Source: Squalus acanthias (Eukaryota). Taken from it: a stretch of 64,000 nt of DNA. Both the position numbers and the translations under genes were made by a program. This document shows positions 11,940 to 23,614 of the stretch, piece after piece; within the stretch, counting starts at the first letter, position 1, and each line of letters opens with the position of its first letter. The notes beneath the pieces are model-generated. The model had not been told where the DNA came from, ran no database searches, and worked only from the letters and a program-made list of their open reading frames with translations. The stretch lies in NCBI GenBank assembly GCA_030390025.1, contig CM059431.1, positions 127,226,001 to 127,290,000 of the forward strand, written 5' to 3'.

Positions 11940-12022
11940 ATACGAACATACAAATTAGGAGCAGGAGTCGGCCACTCGGCCCTTCGAGCCTGCTCCACCA
12001 TTCAATAAGATCATGGCTGATC
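11940..12022 (-). mobile_element. CR1 3' tail fragment
   Basis: Matches the CR1 3' end at ~59582-59665 (aggagcaggagt.ggcca.tcggccc.tcgagcctgctcc). Confidence 0.75.
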
Positions 12023-12179
12023 CTATGTTGTGTTACAGCTACTATTCGCTTAGTATTTTACTGTTTAAGAAATTTCTTTGGCAGTTAAAGCCTAAGTCAG
12101 AGTCTAGTGTTGTTTTATTCTGCTGCCTTCAGATCACATGAAAAAAACAGTAATTAAAGTAAACTGAAGAGTTCATATT

Positions 12180-13750
12180 AAACAGACTGGTGAAATGGGC
12201 AGACACATGGCAGATTAAATTTAATGCACAGAAGTGTGAAGTGATGCATTTTGAAAGGAAAACTGACAAGAAGCGATATAAACTAAATGGCACAATTTTA
12301 AATGGGGTGCAGGAACAGAGAGGCCTGGGGTTTCACAGACACAAATCTTTGAAAGACGCGGGACAAGTTGAGAAAGCTGTTAAAAAATCATACAGGATCC
12401 TCGGCTTTTTAAATAGAGGCATAGAGTACAAAAGTAAAGAAGTTATGCCAAACCTTTATAAATCATTGGTTAGACCTCAGCTAGAATACGGTGTCCAGTT
12501 CAGGGCGCCATACTTTAGAAAAGATGTCAAGGCCTTGGAGAGGGTGCAGAAGAGATTGATTAGAATGGTACTAGAGATGAGCGGTTTCAGTTACGTGGAG
12601 AGACTAGAGAAGCTGGGATTGTTTTCCTTAGAGCAGAGAAGGTTAAGGGGAGAATTAATAGAGGTGTTAAAAATTTTGGTAGAGTAGATAGGGAGAAACT
12701 GGCTGCAAAATTCGGCTTCTTTGCAACTGCTGTTAGCGCCTCCGGGGGGCGCTAATGGGGCGCAAAGGGTTTATCACCTGGGCAGAGACCCTAGCGCCCC
12801 CCGAAAAATTCGGCGAGGCGCTACTGAGGCACCCTGGGCCGCTGCACCACCGGTGATGACCTCATCACCGTGCAACACAACCCCTTAGTGCCCCGCCACG
12901 ACCCCTTACCACCTCGTAGCAGAAATTCGGCTGCGCCCCGCTTGGCCGCCATGGGCGATATCAGCACCAGCCTCGCGGGTTGTTAGCTGGGCCGACCTGC
13001 ACTCGCAGGGCGCTAATTAAAGGGAGGTGCGGCCGCGACCCGCGCCACCATTTTATTTTTTTGGCCGACCTGCAGGTCAGCCCTCCGTGGTGGCCCTTGG
13101 TGCAGCCACGGCACCCCGCCGTCCTGGTGGGCTAGTGTGGGCCATCGGAGGCCCTGCAGACCTCGCAGCGCCCATCCCCTTTAACGGAAGGGGAGGGGCG
13201 TTGAAACGCGTCAGCACTACGCGGAGCGGCCTCATAACACTCCGGCGCTACCACGCTTTGTGTCCCCGACACCACCCCAAGAGGAAGTGAAGCGCTCGAG
13301 ATAACGCTCCGCTTCCTCGCTGGGGCGGTAAGCCGAATTTAGCGGCTGGGACGGCACTTCCGCACCGGGCGCTAAATCTCCGGCGATAATTCGGTTACTG
13401 CCCCCAAACGGGGCGTAACTGAATTTTGTCCCCACTGTTTCCATTGGCAGGAGGGCTAGTAACCAAAGGACACAGATTGAAAATAATGGGCAAAAAAGCT
13501 AGGGGGAAGATGAGGAGAAATACATTTACTCAGCGAGTTGTTATGATCTGGAATACAGTGCCTGAAAGGGTGGCGGAAGCAGATTCATTAGTAACTTTCA
13601 AAAGGGAATTGGATCTCTCATTAAAAAAAATGCGGGGCTACAGGGAAAGAGCAGGGGCGTGGGACTAATTAGTAGCTCTTGCAGAGAGCCGGCGCAGGCA
13701 CGATGGGCCAAAGGGCCTCCTTCTGTGCTGTATGATTCTATGATTCTATA
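12180..13750 (+). mobile_element. 5'-truncated CR1 LINE interrupted by a MITE
   Basis: ORFs 12190-12687 and 13426-13668 join into the CR1 ORF2 C-terminus. (tatgattc)n tail at ~13731-13750. Confidence 0.9.
12701..13433. mobile_element. Harbinger-type MITE, TSD ACT
   Basis: Splits CR1 gagaaact|gtttcc with act duplicated (12698-12700, 13434-13436). Imperfect TIRs ggctgcaaaattc/gaattttgtcccc. Related to 35997-36889. Confidence 0.85.
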
Positions 13751-14049
13751 AAAGATTGTTCTGTTTATTCCTTGGGCATGCTACAAATTTGCCTAGATAT
13801 CTGGGCAAGAGAAAATACTCTCTCTAGATCATAGCAGTTTGGAGCTCACTTATGAGATTGGTCTGAAATATGGAAGCCAAAAGCATCTAAAGTGCATCTG
13901 TGTTCAGTTCGTGTCTTGGGATATTGAGGAGGTATCATGAGCCATGGCTTCAGGGAATAACCTGTATCACTCAGGAGCCACCTAAGAGTTGTCTTTTTGG
14001 GTCAAATATGAAAATAAAAACAGAAGTACTGTTATGCTGCTGTTGGTTG

Positions 14050-14400
14050 TCGATGGGGACGGAAATTTGTTGCTTAAGCAAACATGGCATCCAGCAATTA
14101 CTTTACGTCTAATGTGGGCGTTATTGCCAGTGGCACCTTGGAATGATCTGGAGGCTGAGAAGTTAAGGGTTGTTGTGACCTTCACAGCCACAAACACATG
14201 CAAGCCTCTAGATAAGTTTGACTGCAGGTCATATGGTTGAACTCATGCACAGCCTCCCTTGCAAACTACAGCCTGTGCAAGCACTGCCCCTCTGACTGTC
14301 GCATGTCTCGGTCTGTAAATGCAGGTGCATGACTATTGGCAGGTAGGCATTGGGTGCCTCTTGTGCAGTCTGACCTGCCCCTGCATCCACTCAATGGTTC
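14050..14400 (-). pseudogene. Old Harbinger transposase relic (N-terminal part)
   Basis: ORF 13982-14203 VAVKVTTTLNFSASRSFQGATG is homologous to VAVKVTNALNFFASGS in the 10.4-kb transposase. Confidence 0.7.
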
Positions 14401-15720
14401 GCTTCATCTTCTTCCAAACAGCACATTAAAAATCTACTGTCGCACTATTGCAGCTGTCAAGAAAAAATGACAGCATAACAACTGCCAAAAAGAGTTATGA
14501 TTAACTAAGTTACAGTAGCAAAAAAAGACAAGGAAAATACTTGAAAAATGAACTAAAAACTATGCAAAGTCTTCTTACAGGGATCTTTAATTGAACGTCC
14601 ATATACAATTCAGTCTCTAGAAGCTGTGGACCATTTTATATGGGCAGGTAGATGAATCAGTATTTGGCATGGATGAACAGTTGAAATTGCTTGGATGTCT
14701 AAATGTCTAAATGATATTGTCATGACCCCATTAACATATCGAAATGAAGCATTCACTTGTTTCAGACAAGAGCATCCTGAGCCCATCAAATTCTCCACCA
14801 GAAATACATAAGCTGAACTAAATGAATGGTGAAAGATCTGGCATTACAGAACTCCATCCTTTTTTCTGATCAGTTATGCTCAATTTGTGCCTGAAAATGT
14901 ACTCGATTGGAAAGTCTAGGTTTTTGGGTAAATTTTCAAGGTTGAATGCTCCACATAGAGCTTTACATTCTGGAAATGCATATTGGGCACATGGGTGCAT
15001 GCCCGAATTTCCAATATATATTTTCGGCATGTAAAGCTCTGTGCCGGGAGTGCTGAACATAAAGATTTCTCCCGTCAGTAGAACATTTGCAATTCACTTA
15101 GTGTATTAACTGTGTTTCAGAGAGGAAAGGTGGAATAGTATACCATTTATTCATTCATGCTGTGTCGCATCTTTTAGTCAAAATCCAAAGCTCATGCAGG
15201 TGTTTTTTATTTACAGATCATATTCACATCAACATTTTCTCTTGAGATTATGGTTCTCTCTTCCTTCCTCTCACTTTATTGTCTACCTGCATCAATCCTT
15301 TATCAGCTTTTTTTCAGATACAGTGGGAAAGCAAATTTTAGCAGTGATTTTCTTAAAATCTGGATTTTCCATCCTTCCTCTTCACCACCACCCCAGCCAC
15401 TTTTACAACAGATCTGGGATGGACGGTGATGAACAATTGCTCAGGGACATAGTTCCTCCATGTCCCTGCCTTGATGTGCGCCCACCCAGTTTTTGACTCC
15501 TTGGGTCCAGCAGCGACCAATACACCTGCCATATTGACTGGCATTTCGAAATAAAAATGCAATTCAAGAAAATATGCCCTCTGACAAGGAGTACCTCTTA
15601 GTCCCAGGCTGGCAGTCATCCAAGGGTGGGAGAGGGGAGCTGGAGAATATGATTGCCAGGCCTGGGCAATTACTCTCAGAGCAATGGATAAAGGTCGGTG
15701 CAAAAACTTTTGAAGAATTT

Positions 15721-16428
15721 GGCTCCAATCTTTACTGAGGTGGGATTTCCAAGTGGGGTGAAAGAGTTCTGGTTGGGAGGAAGTCTGGGTTTCCCCGAAC
15801 GTGGTTTATTTTCAACAGGATCCCTGCCCGGAAGCCAGCCTGATTGACATGCTTGGCTCCCTGTCGGGTGGGGAACGCTGCAGCAGAGGCAGCAGCCCAG
15901 GAGCAGGGAAGTTTGTGTTGTGGGGGGAGGGGGCATGGGTACAGTGTGGTTTTGGAGGGCCCTGGGATGATCGTGGGGGTCAGTGATCATGGGGGGGGGG
16001 GGGCTTGTTGAACATGGGGACGGTGATATCATGGGGGGTCCGATCGGATGGGAGTCCGATCGCGGGAAGGGGTCCGATCACGGGAAGGGAAGCAGGTTAG
16101 CTTGGGAGGCTGGGAGGAAGCACTTGTGTTCCTCCTGGCCCACAAGCACTTACCTCATCCATGCAGCAGTCTCGCCTCCCTTTAGCTGCCGGGTTTCCCG
16201 AGGCCTGGGAAATCCGGCCAGCCAGGGTTAAACCTGGAAGAGAGATAAAATCTGAGGCACGCATCCTCATTAAAATATTTAAATTACCAACCCACCTCCC
16301 GCCCCGCCTCCAGTAAAACAGGAAGTGGGAGCGTTCAAGATGAGGTTGGGTTCAGGTTTGAGATTTAAAACATTTTTTTCTTCCCACCCGACCCAAACCC
16401 ACCCATTTTTGAGGGTTAAAATTCCCCT
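15721..16428. mobile_element. Harbinger-type MITE (same family as 33619-34519, inverted)
   Basis: Right end cccacccatttttgagggttaaaattcccc is close to the reverse complement of the left end of the 33.6-kb copy. G-rich internal repeats. Confidence 0.7.
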
Positions 16429-18990
16429 CTTGTGGCTGTTTCTCAGGCAGCGTGGAGGTTGCCTTCTCCCCTATGATGCAGCAGGCCTTTGAAGCCTCAA
16501 ATATCCAAATAATCAAATACCCCATGGCTGGAGGATCAGCTGGAGTCAGGATTGCAGCTCTGTGGTAAGCAAATATCCTTTTGTCCTTCCCACTCCACGG
16601 ACATATGCCCTATTGACAGAAAGGCAGAAAAACTAGGCTTTGATTTCCAATTCCTTCAGCTTAACAAGTAAAGAGCAAAAAGGCTTTTAGGGAATTGAAA
16701 AGCTGTTAAGTATAAACACATTGGCTCTTTATGATAGATTAAATCTGTTTAGCAACCATTTGACCATATCCCTCAAACCCTTTTCTTTCCAGAATCAATT
16801 GCCTCTTAAACAATTTACATTGATCTCTCTTGGAAACATCATCTTCAAATGTAATACATTTTGGGTTAAAAAGTTCTGCCAAATTTCTAGTTTTATTCCT
16901 TACTTCCAATTTTTGTTTAATTTAGTGAATAATTTGCAAGGATCAACATTATCAATTCCCTTCTTAATCTTGAAAACTTCAATTAGAAATGTTGTGATAT
17001 TGTAACTGCACACTTAATGAGTACAGTATTTGTTTCTCTATCAAGAGCTAAAGACGCAATATACTGAGAAAGACAACATTTGTTCTCATCTCTAATATTC
17101 ACTTTGCCACAAGAAAGATCATTTATCTGCATTCATGAAAATTTACTTTTGGGAAAATCTAAACTGAAATTGTGATCATTTGGCATAGTGAACACCAATG
17201 GGATGCGAGAGTCTTCCAATTCTAGCTAATGATTCAAAAGCATTAGGAGGCATGGGAGATACAATCAATATCCCATTAGTTCTCTTAAAATTAAAAGTAA
17301 CTCTAAAACCTGGTTCAGTGCTACATGTGTATCAAAGCACTGTTTGATCAGTGCAGGATCGCTCACATAACAATTATTCCAAATGAAGTAAAGATTAAAT
17401 TTTATGTTCCATTTTAATTTAACACAAAGTTGCCTTTATATGACAGGATGCATACTTAGACCCTATTTCCCCCCAGAGATCTGCCAACAGCTTAATGTTA
17501 GTAAGTTAGTGATTCACAATTTAGCTCAGAACAAACTTGGCTGAAGCACACCATGCAGGCCAAACATTATTTTGATGAATGCACTTGAAGGAGCAAAAAA
17601 TGTGTTTGGCAAAACTTCTTTGGGGAAGAAGAAGAGCAGGATGAGATATGTGTCATTTTTATTATGATGAGATCATACACAAGGGAGGCATCTTCATGCA
17701 GTTGATGTCAATTATGTAATATTATTGTAAACAAATGAAAAATAATTTTTAAGCATTTTTCTGATGATATAGATCCTTTAATGGCTGTTGACGACATTCA
17801 GATTGCAAGAACACCTACAGTAGAATGACGTTCGGCACCAGATAACCTCAGTGACATATGGATACTATTACTCCTTTGTTTCACAACTGGGCACCTTATC
17901 ACTGTAGACCTGAAATTTAAATGCTGTCCCTCTATGACAGCCAGTAATACACCAATGTTTTCATGAAAATACTGACTGAAATTCACTGATGGGAAATCAT
18001 TAGGGCTGTGGCAGGAAAGCAGCAAGATAGGGAGTGAAGCAAACTAGATCGTATATGTGAGCAAGTTTGTCTATTAGCTGCCTTGCTGCGCATACAATTA
18101 GAAATCAATGTTTAGTTCCCCACGAGCAATAAAACCCGACTTTATACAATGTTACCTGTTTGATTTCCCGCAAGGCATTAGATCAGATTTTCTGTTAGAT
18201 TGTCAATTCTGCTTGTGAGTGGGGTTTGAAACAGCATTTTAGATGTAAATTAGGGAGTATTGGATTGGATGACGATACCTTAAGTGTCAACTAAAAGCTG
18301 AGTAGAATGTCAGCCTAATGGAATACTTCTCTTAAAGTAAATGTTCACTTACAAATGTATCCTCCAATTGGCAGTCTTGAGTCAGGGTAGTTAGTGTTGT
18401 GCTTAGGGGTCAAATTCTGTGACTCTGCCCATTATTCTGTGAAAACTGTATATCAGCACTTTTATCATATATTTCTTTACCTATGTATTTCAGTTTTATT
18501 TCTTACCAATTTTAAAGTTGAGAATATGCAGCATGATGTACCAGTAACAGATAGATAGCTGGTCATTTGTGGGGTTTGGTGTCCTGCAGATGCTTTGCTA
18601 GCATTGGAGACTAGTCCTGGGCTTTGGCAGAACTGGGATGAGGGCTCTGTGGTTTGGCAGCACTCTGGTGGGGCTGCTGGGGTTTGGCACCATGGAGGGG
18701 AGCCTGTGGTCTGGCATTACCATGGAGGGCGGGGGGAGGTGGGAGGGACCTGGGGCTTAACAGCACTGTGGAGGAGGAAGCTGAGGTTTCTCAGAACCAT
18801 GGGGTGGAATGAGGTTTGTCTTACTCGATCTCTGGTGATTTTCAGCAGTGAAGGGAGTCACAGGGCATAACTATTGGAGCATACGTTGTAACTTTCGAAG
18901 ACGCCACTGTAAACATTAAATTTGGTGTTTTGTGATTGGTTCCTGGAAGTGTAGCTTGATGCCTGTCTCTTCCTCTATATGGGTTTCTTT

Positions 18991-21875
18991 AGCCGGATTT
19001 TTCCCGTTGCTGAGTGTGCGGTTTGGGGGCGGGTCAGCAGTAAAAATGCCGGAAATAGCGAGCGCGTCGGGAACCCACTGTCATCCCGCCGCCTTGCGCA
19101 TTTAACTCGAGCGGTTTTGAAGGTGTGACATGGGCCCAATTGGCAGAGGCGGGCGACCTCATTGAAATCATTAATTGCTGGTTGAGAGACCCTTAAGAGT
19201 GATTTTAACACCAGGTTCTGAGTTAAACTTCAGGAGCACGGAATTCACGGAGGTCGAGTACCTCGCCTGTGAAGGGGAGGCGGAAGCTCAGTAGCCATTG
19301 ACAAGTTCATTCATTGACAGCTGGGAAAAGCACATAAATACTGCAACATTACACCTCATTACTTGCCTCATGGAAAGGCTCTTGCTCACTCCATTTTGTC
19401 CACAGATTTCAGTGTCTCCAGCTTGCAGGTCATTTTTGAAATCTCGGAAGCCACTCTCGCCACATTGCTATTCACTATCACAACATTGAGGGATTGGGCC
19501 TCTGATCTCCACTTTACCTGCCATCTACTATAGCAACATGGGTGTCGCTTATACTGTCTCACCTTTGTCCTCAGAATCGGACCAAGATGAGCCCCACCAC
19601 CAACAACACCAGCAACACCAGCATCAGCAGGAGCAACCACAGCAGCAGCCTTCTCCTCAATGACCTGATGCTCCACAGGAGAGAGGGGGCACCACAGAGC
19701 TGCAGTCCGCTGGAGGCGATACCCCCAACACAGGGTATACAGGCAGAGGATGAGCTTCCTCAACATGACTGAGCAGCAGTGCCAAAGGAGGCCAGGTCAT
19801 CACAAACATTTGTAGCTTGCTGGAACAAGACCTGCTGCCCAGAGGTCCTGGTGGACACTCCTTACCAGTGGCTGTCAAAATCACCACCGCACTCAACTTC
19901 TTCACCTCAAGCTCCTTCCAGGGATCCGAGGAAGATTGTGGGGCTCTGACTGAGGGGGGGCAATGGAGGAGAAGTGGGAGTGCTTTGAGAAGAGCTCTCA
20001 CTTCCATGTCCCCTCTCACCATCATCCCTCTCATGGGCCACCCACACTTCCTTGCTAGCAATGCGCTGGCGAGTAACTTGCTGCACAGCAGTGGGGCGAT
20101 GAATGCCCAGGTCTAGGTTTACATCCCTGCTTGAGATGAGGTCTAGGAGCGCCTGCCATCTGTTGTCCACAGCAAGCATGTGCTCATGTGACTGGCGCAT
20201 TTGCTGCTCCATACAGGTGGCCATCCTTTCCATGGAAGAGCACATCTTCGCCATCACCTGCAACATGGTGGTGCGCATGTTGGAGATGGACTCCTCCTTT
20301 CTCTGAACATTTGCAGACATCACGGCTTCAAAAAATTGCCAGAGCCTCATGCAATTGTTGCTGCCTTTCCAAGATCACCCTCTTTCTCGATGGCCCCCGA
20401 GGCTCAGCGTCTGCATTGCAGCTCAGCAGAGCTTGGAGCTTCCTGCGCCCGCCAGCAAGGAGTCTCCACTGCTGTCCCTCTCAACACCACCTTCTCTTGC
20501 TCACTTGTGAATTGTGAGACACCAGGTGACAACTCTACTCTATGACACGAAGGACCCACTGAGGTGTGCGTATCTGTGCTGTTATTGGCTGCGCTTGGGT
20601 CTGCTGATGCTGCACCCTCAGAAAATTGAGCTTCTTCTGAGGAGTCATCTTCCTCCTCTGGCTGGACAATGGGGGTGGTGGCAATGGGCAATTAATGGAC
20701 CTGTGGGAGAGTAAAGAGATGAATTAGAAGTCTTATAATAAGAATGGGTAACATTACCATTATGCACATGATGACATTTCACTGTCTGCTGACATCAGTC
20801 GCCATATGAGTGACTGTTGTATAACTTGAGGCTTTATGAGATGTGATTTTGTCACCAGGTTGCTGGGATGTCCCCCTCTCTCCGCCTCCCACCGCCAGCG
20901 TCTCTCTCGAGCTTCTGAGATCTCCAGAGCCCCCTCCTCTGCTGCTATTAGGTGAGCGAAGTCTGGAGGGCCAACTCTGGTTCTCTCCCTCTCTCTGTTG
21001 TTCTGGGCTCTTTTCTCCTGCAAGGAGGGAAAGAAGAGGAATTTGAGTGAGAGTGATGGAATGAGTCTAAAGAATGAATGGGTTACATCTGCAGAGGGTG
21101 ACAATGAGGGAGTGGGGTGCCAATGCCAAATGCCCTCCTTCTGTGGTGTCACTTGCTATGATTGCATTAGGATGAGGGTGAGTGTGAGATGGGGATATGA
21201 GTAGGTACACAGACAGAGAGGGATGGGTGGACCTGCAAAGTAGGTTGGTGTGAGAAGTGATGTGCAGGAGTAGGCTTGGGAAGGCAGAGTGATGGGGATG
21301 ACAGCCACAGCAGGATAAAGGTGAGTGTGGCATTGCACTCACCTTCCCTACCTCATGAGATCATTGAAGCGTTTCCTGCACTGTATCCAGGTTCTCCTCA
21401 CCACATCTCTGCTGCTGACCTCCTTAGCTATATCCAGCCAGGCTTTTTTTGTTTATTGTGGAGGTCTCCTTCGCCTATTAGCAGGGAAGAGGACTTCCCT
21501 GCTTGCTCTGACTGTCTCCACCAGAGTATGCAGTGATGAGACTGAAATGCGTGGTGCTGCCCTCTGCCTTTGGCTATCCATCCTTGCTACTTTATAAGAG
21601 TACTGTGATCTTTGTTTGTCAGGTTCCACCCTTCTCTAGCAACCTTCAAGTGAGTTGAAAGCAAGGCTGCTTTAAATATCGGCACTGGAAATGAGTCATC
21701 AATGATGTCATCAGATCTCCACCAAATAATAGGGCTGGGAAAAGCGCATGAGTCTTTCAATTGGGGCCATTAAGTTAAAGTCGCTCTGAGCCAAGCGCTG
21801 CTCAGAGCATCGCGTTCCCGACCCATTACGCAGCCCGCACACATCCAACCTGACTCAAAGGTGTAAATTCCAGCC
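18991..21875 (+). mobile_element. Internally deleted Harbinger transposon with both TIRs, TSD TTT
   Basis: ttt at 18988-18990 and 21876-21878. TIRs agccggattt/aaattccagcc. The transposase 5' part (~19538-19930, plus) abuts the Myb-like gene (minus) at a deletion junction near 19930. Confidence 0.88.
19930..21581 (-). pseudogene. Harbinger Myb/SANT-like gene (exon 1 21581-21343, exon 2 21017-20856, exon 3 from 20700)
   Basis: Exon 1 translates MDSQRQRAAPRISVSSLHTLVETVRASREVLFP...KAWLDIAKEVSS...RTWIQCRKRFNDL, a Myb/SANT-like trihelix pattern, with two in-frame stops. GT-AG sites are present. Confidence 0.85.
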
Positions 21876-23614
21876 TTTGTGTCCCTGATTCTGTCCCTCT
21901 CTTTCTCCCTCTGTCTCACAGGTATCAGTAATTAGAATGTTTACATTTTCCAATTATGAACAAAAAATGTGATAATTAGAGGTTCTGTTTCCTTTCAAAA
22001 TTCAATTCATTTGTTTAAAAGAAACTCAAAAATATAATGGGGAAAGACTCTGTCTGTATGTATCTTCATCTACCTTTCTGTCAGTCTCATTTTTCTTTCT
22101 TTCTCTGCCTCTTTCCCTCTGACTCACAGGTGTTAGTATTTAAAATATTTACATTTTCTCACTGTCAACAAAACACAAATGATAATCAGGTGATTAAATG
22201 CTTCATGATTGCTTTCAAAATGTAATTAAGGAAAGCACTTTGTCTAGTGGACACTCAGCTTAATACACTTTCTGAAATTTATAGCGTACTTATAATTCAA
22301 ACACCAATTATAACTATAACGGTTGTGTTATAGTATAGCCTATCATGTTTTTCTCTTTCTCTATCTGTCTGTCTCTTTTATACAAGCACACACACATACA
22401 GAGCCATAGTTTAAAAAATGCTCAATATAAATTCTATCTAATTAAAGCTTTTAAAATGTGTTTTTTATTTTTTCTTCAAATAATTTTGAAAAACAACCAT
22501 ACAGGTTGTTTTGGAGGCTGAGAGAGAAGCATTCTATCATTTGGATGGCTTAAATTCTATTGATGCATTCCATGAAGTTGTAAAAATTCCATATCCTCAG
22601 ACAGCAGGAACTGCCTTCAGTTGTTCAGTGTCACCTCTCTGGACAAAAATATTAGGTCTAAGCCCAGGCTTTTGGGGATGCTGATGCATTCAAGGAAGAA
22701 CAATTCAATGGATAAATGGCATTATGTCATGAAATATGTACTGGATGTTTCAGTTACCATTAGAAATGCTGAACGATTCTTTTTTCCAAAAAGCATTTTG
22801 AGTTATATTTCATAAACAAATTATGATGAAAAATATTTACATCAAGTTTCCCATTAGAAATGTTTACATAGGGAGTTTCCATTCTAAATGTTGATATAAA
22901 AGTGTTATAGGAAGTAAAGTGGATTGAAAATTTGTACCGTATGCAAGACTTTTAATAACACACTAGAGGATTCCCTGCAGCGCTGCTCTCTGTACATCAC
23001 AGGACAGTTAACTTTCTCAATAATGTGCATTGTGTTTATGTTACTGTTTCTCTCTGTCTCTCTCTTTGCAGTTTCCTTTTCAATGGAAGATAGTTAGTGG
23101 TATAGCAATATGAGAAAGGAGTTAATTAAATTGTAGGCCTCATTTTCAGTGATAGGTGCAGAGAAAATGTGGGCTACAGTGTTTAATAGCTCCTTTGAGA
23201 TCACCTGCTCCCTCACAATATCCCTATTGGTTTCCTGTAGAGCGTTGTTGCCATTGCCTGCCATACTGCTTCTTCTTCACAGAACAGCCTTCACAGAATA
23301 TCCTCCTGGTCCCAGCTTCCCTTTTGTTCTGTTGTTTCCCATACCCTTTGCTATTATGTTTCCCATTACTCCAATTTGTCTCCCTGCAGAATTATTGTTC
23401 ACTTGTCACCTCATAAGACATGCTCTGCTCTCCCTCTCTCTCTTGCCAATATATTTCTCTCACTGTCTCTGATCTTTATGGGGATGAATTGTCACACCAA
23501 TAACTTTCATCCACTAGGAAAGAAAAGAGAGACTTAGAAGCACAATAGGCAGACAAAGAGATAGTAACATTAACATGATATACACAGGTGAGAGATATAT
23601 CTTTTCTGCGACTT

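Noticed and set aside
14581..15073. Possible exon (ttacag|GGATCT...GGGCAG|gtagat) and ORFs 14610-15060
   Set aside because: No recognisable protein and a weak donor. 14926-15073 has inverted repeats suggesting a small degraded MITE.
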